From Verrucomicrobiota bacterium (GTDB lineage: Bacteria; Verrucomicrobiota; Kiritimatiellia; JAHIZV01), in assembly GCA_018814445.1 (NCBI GenBank), contig JAHIZV010000169.1:2162-66161 (forward strand): 64,000 bases of DNA. The letters run 5' to 3'. Made by a program: the position numbers and the translations under genes. The notes beneath the pieces were generated by a model. The model saw nothing but the letters and a program-made list of their open reading frames with translations, was not told the DNA's origin and did no database searches. Shown here piece after piece: positions 39,992 through 49,054 of the stretch (position 1 is the stretch's first letter; each line of letters begins with the position of its first letter).

Positions 39992-40705
39992 TCAATCCGC
40001 AGAATGATACCAGTAGTCCTTCTCGTCGGTTGCGCCGGTGAGCGCAATGTCTTTGCTCTTGAAATACTGCACGCCCATATCCGCAAACAGATAGTTTCCA
40101 CCCGCGCCATTCTTGTGGACGTCGCCGGGCCGCTGGTCCAACCCGCAGAAAGAGAACTTCCCGACATAGCCGCGATCGTCCCGCGCGTTACCGGGCCTTT
40201 CGCCTACGATAATAAGGCGTCCTCCTCCGGACTGCGATTCTTCAAGGGAGAGCGGCAGATGCCCGCATGAGTCTCCTGGTCCCTTTTGATACCCGCCAAA
40301 CGGATAGTGGTACTCGCACCCTTTCCAGTTATACCCCCCGTTTGCGGCGTAGGAACGCGGCTTGTTCGTTGAAGTCAGGTCAATGTACGGATCACTTGGG
40401 CACTCGAATACCGATTCCTCCCCGCCCAGATAAGCGAGTATCTCTGTGTCCCATGTGACGCCGGCGGTGTCGTTCACGGCAGGATACACATAGCCGTTGT
40501 CGTCGGCCCACATGATGATCGCCTGACCAATTACACGCAGATGGCTGGCGCATTTGGTCATGTTCCCCTTCTCCCGCACATTTCCAATGATGGGAAACAT
40601 CAACGCCGCAAGGATCGCTATCAGGGCGATAACAACGAGAAGCTCAACAAGCGTGAAGCCGAGGATGCGTCGATAAGGAAAAGCGCTTGTATGTGGTTTA
40701 TTCAT
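39992..40705 (-). CDS. prepilin-type / H-X9-D motif protein (DUF1559-like)
   Basis: GFTLVELLVVIALIAILAA, CASHLR, FECPSD and HKNGAGGNYLFAD. Confidence 0.88.
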   Translation of the reverse strand: MNKPHTSAFPYRRILGFTLVELLVVIALIAILAALMFPIIGNVREKGNMTKCASHLRVIGQAIIMWADDNGYVYPAVNDTAGVTWDTEILAYLGGEESVFECPSDPYIDLTSTNKPRSYAANGGYNWKGCEYHYPFGGYQKGPGDSCGHLPLSLEESQSGGGRLIIVGERPGNARDDRGYVGKFSFCGLDQRPGDVHKNGAGGNYLFADMGVQYFKSKDIALTGATDEKDYWYHSAD

Positions 40706-40767
40706 GACTCTTTCGTGAACAAAACAGTATGATCCTCCCCGATTTTCTTTACAAGAGATCACTTTCC

Positions 40768-40781
40768 TGTAAGCGTTTACA
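40768..40781. promoter_or_regulatory. LacI-type operator TGTAAGCGTTTACA
   Basis: Near-perfect palindrome with central CG in the divergent gap, 3 bp before the lacI-like start. Confidence 0.7.
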
Positions 40782-40784
40782 ACT

Positions 40785-41771
40785 ATGAGTCCAACACTGG
40801 TAGAAGTCTCACGGAGGGCCGGCGTTTCAACTGCAACCGTCTCCCGCGTCATCAACAAGAGCGCATTGGTCACCGAGGCAACGCGCGCGAAGGTCATGAA
40901 GGCTATTCGCGAACTTAACTATCACCCGAGCCGGGCGGCACGCATGCTCGCCCGACAGTCGACCGAGACAATCGGCGTGGTCTTTCCGGACATCCAGGGA
41001 GGGTTCTTCGCGGAAGTTCTCCACGGTATCGATCTGGAAGTGACCGACACCCGCTATCACCTGATCACAGCTTTCGCACATGGAACTCAGGATGAAAGTT
41101 CTCTCGTGGAGGGTTTCCTTTACGAGCGCTCGGTTGACGGCCTGATTCTGATGAACCTGGCCCTTCCTGAAGAGTTCCTCAAGACCATCTCGACGCGCGA
41201 TATGAGAGTCGTTCTTATCGATCGTCCCGCGCCGGGCTTTCCCTCGGTCTGTATCGATAACGGTACGGGCGTTGTCTCAGCCCTCGCTCATCTTACCGAA
41301 ACGAGGGGGTACTCGAGGATCGGGTTCGTGCAGGGACCGATCGGGACATACGACGCCGAAGAGCGCTGGAGTGCGTGCAAAGCATTTGCCCGAGACAAGG
41401 GTCTTATACTTAACGATTCGTGGATTCTGAACGGCGACTTCAGTGAGGGCGCGGCCTTCGCCGCCATCGATCAACTGATTTTATCGGGTGGGGAGCTGCC
41501 GGAAGCCTTCTTCTGTCTCAACGACCACATGGCTTTCGGAGTCATGGAGGCCTGCAGGAAACACGGCGTCAGTATTCCCGGCGATTTGGCCGTTGTAGGA
41601 TTCGATGATGGCTACACGGCCCGTCTACTGCGTCTGACAACGGTTCATGTGCCTCTTCACGAGATGGGTCGGCTGGCCGCGAGCGAGGCGATGAAAGGGA
41701 AAGACGAAGACGCGGCACACCATGTTCTGCAGACCGAATTGGTGATTCGGGATTCGTGTGGGAGTAACTAG
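40785..41771 (+). CDS. LacI-family transcriptional regulator
   Basis: VSRRAGVSTATVSRVIN, IPGDLAVVGFDD and LTTV. Confidence 0.95.
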   Translation: MSPTLVEVSRRAGVSTATVSRVINKSALVTEATRAKVMKAIRELNYHPSRAARMLARQSTETIGVVFPDIQGGFFAEVLHGIDLEVTDTRYHLITAFAHGTQDESSLVEGFLYERSVDGLILMNLALPEEFLKTISTRDMRVVLIDRPAPGFPSVCIDNGTGVVSALAHLTETRGYSRIGFVQGPIGTYDAEERWSACKAFARDKGLILNDSWILNGDFSEGAAFAAIDQLILSGGELPEAFFCLNDHMAFGVMEACRKHGVSIPGDLAVVGFDDGYTARLLRLTTVHVPLHEMGRLAASEAMKGKDEDAAHHVLQTELVIRDSCGSN

Positions 41772-41977
41772 TGCGAGATCTTGAATACGAAGCACCCCTT
41801 GCCCATTTGTCCGAACGGAGCGCACGACTAACCTGCAAGATCGAGGTTCTGCACCAGTGCACAGAACTTCTCCCTCTCCCTGAGGGAGAGGGCCGGGGTG
41901 AGGGAGGATTGGCCGTTGAATTTTCCCCTCACCTCAATCCTCTCCCCCGGGAGAGGAAGCTCAACGATTCCGCGCAC
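41771..41977. repeat. composite palindromic REP-like element (CCCTCTCCC..GGGAGAGGG..GGGTGAGGG type)
   Basis: CCCTCTCCCTGAGGGAGAGGGCCGGGGTGAGGG followed by an inverted CCCCTCACC...CCTCTCCCCCGGGAGAGG; GTGC/GCAC ends. Confidence 0.75.
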
Positions 41978-42037
41978 CAGGGGGATAGACCGACACCTCC
42001 TGATCGCGGAACTCGGACTGCGGCCCCGGCAGCCTGC

Positions 42038-44959
42038 ATGATCTGCCTCGTCATCATGGTAGTATTTGCAGTCTTCCCCGCGTTCGGCGCATGGCAGGCC
42101 GATACTCATTTTTCCCTCGGAACAAGCAACGGTATGCCCGTAATTCTTGATCCGGACGGCCACCCGTTCAAGTCAGTCGGCATGGTCTGGGCCTACGGAC
42201 CGGAAGAAGGAGAGTTTCATCAGGACCTCACGCCCGAGCGCGTGATCGAGCATCTGCAAATGCTGAAGGATCTCGGGTTCAACACGCTGAATCTTTACGG
42301 TGAAGCGTACATCCCCGAGATGCTGAACTGGTGCGACGAGAACGAGATCGCGGTCTACTTCCGCACTTCCTACGGCGGTTCTCTGCCGGAGGAAACACGC
42401 GAGTATCCGGACTTCATGGATTCCGATATCAGGCGACGTGCGATCAGTCACTACGACGGATTCCTGAAACAGATCGGGAACCATCCCAGCGTTCTTGCCA
42501 TTGACATGGACCACCGCTGGATCTTTCCGCTCGATTGGGCCGGTCGCCGTCGCATAGATGAACCGCAGCTTGGTCCCGCAGGAATCGCACACTTTCCGGC
42601 ATGGCTCAAAGAGAAGTACGGCACGATTGATATTCTGAACGGAAAGTGGAAGACGGACTACACCTCGTTTGCCGCCGTTATCGCGGATCCCTCGCTCGTC
42701 GGGAACGGCAAGGTACAGAAGCTCGGCTATCATCCCGCGCGGGTTGACCTGATGCGCTACACGTTGTGGACTGCGACGGATTTCATCAGCGAACTCGCCG
42801 CGGCGATTCACAAAAGAGTTCCTGGAGTCATGCTCACACCGACGACGGAACATCCAGAGTGCATTCCGGAGATGAGCCCGCGCGTCAAAGATACGGGCAT
42901 AGCGTTCATGTCGCCGGTTCACTACAACAGCGCGGAGGACTTCGAACGGGAAATGCCTTCTTTCTCAAAGCTGATCTATGAGACGCGCTGGCACTACGAC
43001 ATACAGGGCGGCCCGGCCTACATAAGCGAGACCGGATGGCGGACCCGGGTACTCAACCAGAATCCACCCAATATGCGTTATGCGTGGATCCCTTCGCAGG
43101 ACGAGGAAGCCGCGGCAAGGATGTACGCGAAACAGTTCGCGCTGTTGAGCGTGATGCCGTGGGTAGGCGGCTACGGATACTTCAAACTCTATGATAAATG
43201 GCCGGAGGGTGACTTCGGATATCTTCGCGATGACGGGTCAAAGAAACCGCAGGCGCTTATCGGTGATGCGGTCAATGAAGCCTTTCAATCGATCCTGACA
43301 ACCGATCCCGCGCCGGAAGTCTGGATCTACTATCCTAAGTATGCGCATACGACGACGAGGCCCGGCTTCGCGCAATTCAAGTCGTGGGTACAACTTTGGG
43401 AAAAGCCGTTCATGGACGCCCTGGAACGGAGGGTTCACGAACACTGGGAGGGATTGAGCGCCGGCGATCGTGCGGTCGGCTCCAATTTCGCCGCCTGCGC
43501 CGCAGCCGATTTCGAGACGCTCTGGCGGGGGTTCGCATTCACGGAGAAGATACCCGCGGACGGCAAGCCCGTCGTTCTCTTCTCATCGATCATGGAATTC
43601 ATGTCGGACGAAGACCGCGAGCAGCTGAGAGATATTCGGACCATAAGTTTCGGAGAAATAGGATCACGCGATCTGTTCATGAATGAAACGGTTCCGTGGG
43701 ACATCGATATCCTTGGACTCACATCGGAAGACGCGATGGAATCGGTGATGTCTGTTCCTCATTTTCCCCAGATCTGCACGGGCCAGACCATTCGACTGCC
43801 TGAGGCATCTTTCAACAGGCTTGATCTGTGCGCGTCCTCCCGCGATGGGGATGCAGCCGGGTTCATCGACCTTGCTTACGTGGACGGCGGCAAAGAAAGA
43901 CTTGTTCTCGGCCCCGCGATCACGGACGCGAAACATCCAGCGGCGATGACCACCGGCGGATTCACGAATAGCGCGCACTTCAGTCGCCTGTCTGTCCCGC
44001 TCGAACCCATGTCGCAAGTTGAAGCGATCACTCTGCCCGATGCTTCGTGGATCACGATTCACTCGGCGGATCTTGTCACCGGCGGATTCGCAACCAATAT
44101 CCGCGTTGCCTTGACGATCGACTACAAACCCATCGAAGGCGAAACGCGGTGGTGCCGACTGCTGCGGAAATCAACGAACTCGGTGACGGTCCTTCAGCAT
44201 TTTGACTCGGGATACCCCGCCGTCCTCGCAAGCGGCCCGCACGCGGTCTTTGCCTACGACCCATTGACGTGGACGGGAAGGAAGAACGATATCAGCGCAT
44301 GTGTGGGCGCTCATGACAGACTGATCGAGCGTTGTCTCACCTACCTCAGAGAAGTAGATCAGCGCGCCACACCTGACGGCGGGGCTCGCAATGACCGACG
44401 TTCTACGCAGGCAGCGGCTCCGCGACAAACACGTCATCGCGAGCCCCGCGGCAGCGGGACGTGGCGATCCAGACGTTTGCAGGAGGAACAAGCTGAATCA
44501 AAGGCAACTCCGATTACCGACTGGCAGATCTGCGGTCCTTTCACCTCCGATGGGCTGTTTGATGCTGTTGTTGCCGACGAGAGATCTCTATGTCCAGCCA
44601 ACGCACCGGCAGACGGGAAATGGATCGCCTGCAAGCGGGAGTCGGGAGTGATCCATCTCGAGGATGACGCCCTCATGGGGAATAATGACTACTCTTCCGC
44701 GTACGCTTACACTCAGATCACATCAGACGACGAGAGAGACATGAATCTTCTGCTGGGCAGTGACGACGGAATCATGGCCTGGTGGAACGGTCGCCTCGTG
44801 CTCGCCAACGAAGTCTTCAGGGGAGTGACTGCCGACAAAGACATCGTACACGTCCGCGCAAAAAGGGGAACAAACACCCTCCTTCTCAAAATCTTCGATG
44901 AGGCCGGCGGCTGGGGCTTCAGCGCGGCGACTGCCACATGCAATGCACAAGAGGAATAG
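42038..44959 (+). CDS. large secreted clan GH-A (GH42/GH5-like) glycoside hydrolase with C-terminal beta-sandwich domain
   Basis: LKDLGFNTL, HPSVLA, WLKEKYGTIDILNGKW and YISETGW; C-terminal WQICGPF...AYAY...LGSDDG..WWNG domain; start approximate. Confidence 0.75.
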   Translation: MICLVIMVVFAVFPAFGAWQADTHFSLGTSNGMPVILDPDGHPFKSVGMVWAYGPEEGEFHQDLTPERVIEHLQMLKDLGFNTLNLYGEAYIPEMLNWCDENEIAVYFRTSYGGSLPEETREYPDFMDSDIRRRAISHYDGFLKQIGNHPSVLAIDMDHRWIFPLDWAGRRRIDEPQLGPAGIAHFPAWLKEKYGTIDILNGKWKTDYTSFAAVIADPSLVGNGKVQKLGYHPARVDLMRYTLWTATDFISELAAAIHKRVPGVMLTPTTEHPECIPEMSPRVKDTGIAFMSPVHYNSAEDFEREMPSFSKLIYETRWHYDIQGGPAYISETGWRTRVLNQNPPNMRYAWIPSQDEEAAARMYAKQFALLSVMPWVGGYGYFKLYDKWPEGDFGYLRDDGSKKPQALIGDAVNEAFQSILTTDPAPEVWIYYPKYAHTTTRPGFAQFKSWVQLWEKPFMDALERRVHEHWEGLSAGDRAVGSNFAACAAADFETLWRGFAFTEKIPADGKPVVLFSSIMEFMSDEDREQLRDIRTISFGEIGSRDLFMNETVPWDIDILGLTSEDAMESVMSVPHFPQICTGQTIRLPEASFNRLDLCASSRDGDAAGFIDLAYVDGGKERLVLGPAITDAKHPAAMTTGGFTNSAHFSRLSVPLEPMSQVEAITLPDASWITIHSADLVTGGFATNIRVALTIDYKPIEGETRWCRLLRKSTNSVTVLQHFDSGYPAVLASGPHAVFAYDPLTWTGRKNDISACVGAHDRLIERCLTYLREVDQRATPDGGARNDRRSTQAAAPRQTRHREPRGSGTWRSRRLQEEQAESKATPITDWQICGPFTSDGLFDAVVADERSLCPANAPADGKWIACKRESGVIHLEDDALMGNNDYSSAYAYTQITSDDERDMNLLLGSDDGIMAWWNGRLVLANEVFRGVTADKDIVHVRAKRGTNTLLLKIFDEAGGWGFSAATATCNAQEE
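44357..44470. repeat. palindromic element (CTCGCAATGAC / GTCATCGCGAG...GTGGCGATC, RPE-like) inserted in frame in the hydrolase
   Basis: GCGGGGCTCGCAATGAC (44379-44395) pairs 16/17 with GTCATCGCGAGCCCCGC (44433-44449); outer CGCCAC/GTGGCG pair. Confidence 0.75.
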
Positions 44960-45071
44960 TGTCAGCGACCGGAGTCCGCACCGACGCTTCTCTCCTATCC
45001 CGCTCTTGACTGACTGACCAATCTGAGGATGATACTGATTCTGGCTTTCAGGGAAGGTGGAAGAGCATCTC

Positions 45072-46076
45072 ATGCCTGCGGAAACATCAGACAACTCAGC
45101 GTCCTGTCTAATTGTCGGGGCTGGCGTCACCGGCCTTCTGGCGGGGTGCAGACTGCGTGAAAAGGGGCATGCTGTCACGATTCTGGACAGCGAGCGCGCG
45201 GTCGGAGGGAGGATGTCGACGATCGAGATCGATGGCGCTCACTTTGACCATGGAACACAGTTCTTTGTCGGTCAGGAAGGGGAATTCCGGGACTTGATCA
45301 CCCAGTGGGAGGAAGCCGGCGCGGCGACACGCTGGGGTGGGCGCTTTCTGGGAGAACAGGGACACGACGAATTCAGAACGGCAGCGCGCTACTGTGGCGC
45401 GGGTGGCATGAGCGCGATAGCGCAACACCTGGCTGCGGAGCTCGATGTCCGCCTCGGTCAGGAGGCGGTGCGGGCGGAAATGACCCCCAAAGGCTGGTGT
45501 GTCTCAGTGGCGACGGGAGAAACATACTCTGCGCAGAGCCTTCTGCTCACGGCGCCCGTACCGAGTTCACTTCGGATTATCGATACCGGAGGAGTAGAGT
45601 TGCCCGCAGAGATCGAGAAGGGACTGGAGGCCGTCACGTATCAGCCTTGCCTTGTGCTTCTCGCGTTGCTCGATGGCCCCAGCGGCCTTCCGGAGCCCGG
45701 CGGCATCAAACTCAACAGCAGTATTCTCATGTGGCTCGGCGACAACAAGATCAAGGGCGTATCTCCGGGAACCCATGCCGTGACTCTTCAAACAAGCGGG
45801 GCGTTCAGCGACACGCACCTGGCAGATGACGAAGAGAGCGTGAAGAATCTCATTTCAAATGCGGCCATACCTTTTCTTCAGGGCATCATCAAGAAATCCT
45901 ATCTGCACCGGTGGAAGTATGGCCGGGTGACTAATGTCTTCGATGCCCATTACGCGTGGGTTGACGGCCAGTGTCCTGTCGCTTTCGCGGGCGACGCGTT
46001 CGGCGGGCCCTGCGTCGAAGGCGCCGCGATCTCCGCGTTGAGGGTAGCTGAACGGCTGGCCGATTATCTCGGCTGA
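45072..46076 (+). CDS. renalase-like FAD/NAD(P)-dependent oxidoreductase
   Basis: IVGAGVTGL, VGGRMST, FDHGTQFF, HRWKY and GD...VEGAAIS. Confidence 0.88.
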   Translation: MPAETSDNSASCLIVGAGVTGLLAGCRLREKGHAVTILDSERAVGGRMSTIEIDGAHFDHGTQFFVGQEGEFRDLITQWEEAGAATRWGGRFLGEQGHDEFRTAARYCGAGGMSAIAQHLAAELDVRLGQEAVRAEMTPKGWCVSVATGETYSAQSLLLTAPVPSSLRIIDTGGVELPAEIEKGLEAVTYQPCLVLLALLDGPSGLPEPGGIKLNSSILMWLGDNKIKGVSPGTHAVTLQTSGAFSDTHLADDEESVKNLISNAAIPFLQGIIKKSYLHRWKYGRVTNVFDAHYAWVDGQCPVAFAGDAFGGPCVEGAAISALRVAERLADYLG

Positions 46077-46280
46077 AAACTTCCGAAACCTGGAAGTCTG
46101 GTCATGTCCCGAGTCTTCTGCAATTCAGCTTTACTTCTTTCACGCGGATTGAGGGATCGACATATGCATGGAGACGAGTAAGCAGGTAGAGTAAGTGTGC
46201 AGAAGCACGCAGCGCATAGTTAAACGGTTTCACTTAAACGACCTGCTTCATCGCCCCCCCCTTCACGGTGATTCCCGACT

Positions 46281-46407
46281 TAGAGCGAATTCACAGAAAC
46301 TGTAGCCGTGATATGCGCAATGGATGGCCGGCTTCCACGCCGTCCGCGGCCGCGGTGTAACGCGGCTGTCCAGAGAAAACGGCTATGACATTGTTTGATC
46401 TGCTCTA
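46281..46407. repeat. 127-bp nested palindrome with TAGAGC...GCTCTA ends (MITE-like)
   Basis: Paired arms TAGAGC/GCTCTA, TAGCCGT/ACGGCTA and TGGATGGCCG/CGGCTGTCCA; the right end coincides with the modC stop. Confidence 0.65.
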
Positions 46408-47481
46408 GCTTAGATACTTCACTGCGTAGGTTTTGAACATACACCAGACCATGCCGCCTTCGCGAAGTCCCAGATGAGAGGCTGCACTGTGCGTGACCTC
46501 GGCGAGGAGTTTCACGCCTGCATCGACCGTGCACAGCGTGCAGTCCGGAGCCTGGGTGAGCCGCTCGATTCGTCCCTCTATCTGGTTCTGTAGTGACACG
46601 TCATCCGCCCGTTTCGACGCCAGCACAAGGTCCTCCGCCCTCACCGACACATAGAGATCGGCTCCGGTTCTGTACTCCTCCGCATAGGGCGCGCGTATCG
46701 TTTGATCGCCTGCGCCGAGAGACGTGATGCCATCCGCGGAGGATGTGTCAGTCACATTCACTTTGAAGATGTTGACCAGCCCGCCGCGGAGCTTCCGCCG
46801 AAGAGCGGGTGACTCGTGAATCAGATCAAGGTAGCTTCCGAATCCCACGGTCTTTCCTCCGTCCATCACGAACAGCTCATCCGTGAGTTGAAGAATGTCG
46901 GTCAGGTCGTGGCTGACGACCAGCATGGGAACATCAAGGGCGGAGCGAATCCGCCGAATAAAGGGAAAGACTCTCTGGCGCAGTTCCATATCCACCGCGG
47001 AGAACGGTTCGTCCAGCAGGAGCAGACGGGGTGACGCCATTAAGGCTCTTCCGAGCGCCACGCGCTGACTTTCGCCTCCCGAGATGTCCGAAGGATTCCG
47101 CGCAAGGAGGCCTTTCAACTCGAGCATTTCCGTAACCAGTTCGAATCTCCTCTCGCGTTCAACGGCATGAAGTCTCCCCGCGCCATATCGAAGATTACGG
47201 CTGACGGTCAGGTGCGGGAACAGGCGTGCGTCCTGAAAGACTATGCCGATTCGGCGTCTATGGGCGGGGACGCAAATGCTCCGAGCCGTATCAATCAGCG
47301 TCTGACCGTCGAGATCCAGGCGGCCGTGGTCAGGTCGGATCAAGCCGGCGATGATATTCATCAGCGTGCTTTTTCCCGCGCCTGACGCCCCGAAGATCCC
47401 GGTTACTCCCGCGCTCGTCTGCAATGCGATATCCAGCTCGAACTCCGGGCGGAGATACTGTGCGTCGAGTCCGAGTCTCAT
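46405..47481 (-). CDS. modC: molybdate ABC transporter ATPase
   Basis: GASGAGKS, FQDARLFPHL, SGGESQRVA, LLLDEP and a C-terminal TOBE domain (SLQN). Confidence 0.95.
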   Translation of the reverse strand: MRLGLDAQYLRPEFELDIALQTSAGVTGIFGASGAGKSTLMNIIAGLIRPDHGRLDLDGQTLIDTARSICVPAHRRRIGIVFQDARLFPHLTVSRNLRYGAGRLHAVERERRFELVTEMLELKGLLARNPSDISGGESQRVALGRALMASPRLLLLDEPFSAVDMELRQRVFPFIRRIRSALDVPMLVVSHDLTDILQLTDELFVMDGGKTVGFGSYLDLIHESPALRRKLRGGLVNIFKVNVTDTSSADGITSLGAGDQTIRAPYAEEYRTGADLYVSVRAEDLVLASKRADDVSLQNQIEGRIERLTQAPDCTLCTVDAGVKLLAEVTHSAASHLGLREGGMVWCMFKTYAVKYLS

Positions 47482-48167
47482 GCAATCACCCCCATTCGCT
47501 TCTTGAAGCTTCGCACCCAGAACTCCGAAATGGCCAACGCGAGAAACGCTATCAGCACGGAGATAATCACGAGACGAAGTGCCGGTGCGTCTCCTCCGGG
47601 CGATTGCAGATATGTGTAAAGCGCCAGCGGAAGTGTACGCGTCTCCATGGGAATATTCCCCGCGAAGGTGATCGTGGCTCCAAACTCACCGATGCTTCTG
47701 GCGAAGGAGAGCACAAAACCGCTGACAACTCCGGGAAAAGACAGGGGCAATGTGATCCGGAGAAACGTCTTAAGCGGGTTGGAGCCCAATGTCCGCGAGG
47801 CTTCTTCGAGTCGAACGTCAACCATCTCCACAGCCGTCCGTATCGATCGCACGGCAAGAGGAAAAGAGACGACCATTGACGCGAGGACCGCGGCCTTCCA
47901 GGTGAATGCCAGGCGTATGCCGAGTGTGGAGAATATCCACTTTCCCAGGACGCCGTTGCTTCCGAACAGAACCAGCAGAAGGTAGCCGGTGACAACCGGC
48001 GGCAATACGAGCGGAAGGTGAATCAGGCTGTCGAGCACGAGTTTGCCTGCGAACTCTTTTCGCGCCAGCAGCCAGCCGCAAGCGATGGCCGGCACCAGAT
48101 TGACGCCGGCGCACCACAAAGCGATCTTTGCGGAAAGGGCAAGAATAGACCACTCTTCCGGTGTCAT
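47478..48167 (-). CDS. modB: molybdate ABC transporter permease
   Basis: LPLVLPPVVTGY and FARSIGEFGATITFAGNIP. Confidence 0.96.
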   Translation of the reverse strand: MTPEEWSILALSAKIALWCAGVNLVPAIACGWLLARKEFAGKLVLDSLIHLPLVLPPVVTGYLLLVLFGSNGVLGKWIFSTLGIRLAFTWKAAVLASMVVSFPLAVRSIRTAVEMVDVRLEEASRTLGSNPLKTFLRITLPLSFPGVVSGFVLSFARSIGEFGATITFAGNIPMETRTLPLALYTYLQSPGGDAPALRLVIISVLIAFLALAISEFWVRSFKKRMGVIA

Positions 48168-48280
48168 GTTCGTCTTTGTCCTATCCAGGGCTCCGCGCCT
48201 ATTCTGGAGGGTCGGCTTTCACGCTGACCATACTGGCGCCATCACTCAGGTTTGACCATGAGCCATTTTCATTGGTGAAT

Positions 48281-49054
48281 CTACTGTTCGACCGATACAA
48301 ACCCCAGTGCTTCGGCCAGCTTTGCAGCAGCAGGACTTACCATGAAATCCAACAGTCTCTTCGCGCCGGGACGTGACGGCCGGCAACAGGCGACACTGTA
48401 TCTTATCGGGTCGTGAAGTTCAGGCGGGAAGACCGCGACAACTCTCACTTTCTCCGAAATAGCAGCATCGGTCTTGTAGACGATGCCGAGTTGGGCCTCC
48501 CCCCTTTCGACCGTTGCCAACGCCGCGCGAACATCGAGACAGGGAAGCAGCCGGCCCTCAAGTTTCTCTGCCCATCCAAGTGAACCAAGTGCTTGCGCCG
48601 CGTAGCGTCCGGCGGGTACATGAGCAGGATCGCCCAGAGCCATATAGCCCTCGAACAACTCTGAAGGATCAACGTCAGCGGATATCTTCACTTCGATCCG
48701 ACTTTCGACAGGGGCGATCAGTACGAGGGCGTTGCTGAGAAAATCAACGCGCGTTTCCGGAAGTGTCAGGCCTCTCTCTTCGAGGTAGTCCATCCATTGA
48801 AGGTTGGCGGAAAGAAAAATGTCCGCTGGCGCGCCCTGCGCGATCTGGCGTGCAAGGAGTGATGAAGAGGCAAGATTCAGTCTGACTTTTTCACCGGTTT
48901 GCTCTGTATAGGCGTCAGCAACGTCTTGAACGAAATCCGTCGTGCTGGCTGCGGCGCAGAGAAGCAGGGATTTATCCTCCGCGGGCGACGAAGTGATCAG
49001 GGATGCGAAGGCGAGAACCGAAGTCAAAAACGAGTTGAAATGCTTCAGTTTCAT
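48281..49054 (-). CDS. modA: molybdate-binding periplasmic protein
   Basis: AAAS, SSLLARQI.QGAPADIFLSA, VPAGRYA and VYKTDA. Confidence 0.96.
   Translation of the reverse strand: MKLKHFNSFLTSVLAFASLITSSPAEDKSLLLCAAASTTDFVQDVADAYTEQTGEKVRLNLASSSLLARQIAQGAPADIFLSANLQWMDYLEERGLTLPETRVDFLSNALVLIAPVESRIEVKISADVDPSELFEGYMALGDPAHVPAGRYAAQALGSLGWAEKLEGRLLPCLDVRAALATVERGEAQLGIVYKTDAAISEKVRVVAVFPPELHDPIRYSVACCRPSRPGAKRLLDFMVSPAAAKLAEALGFVSVEQ

Noticed and set aside
41771-42037. N-terminal 89 aa of the 1062-aa ORF
   Set aside because: This is a translation of a palindromic repeat (PLPEGEGRGEG); the signal-like segment starts near 42038.
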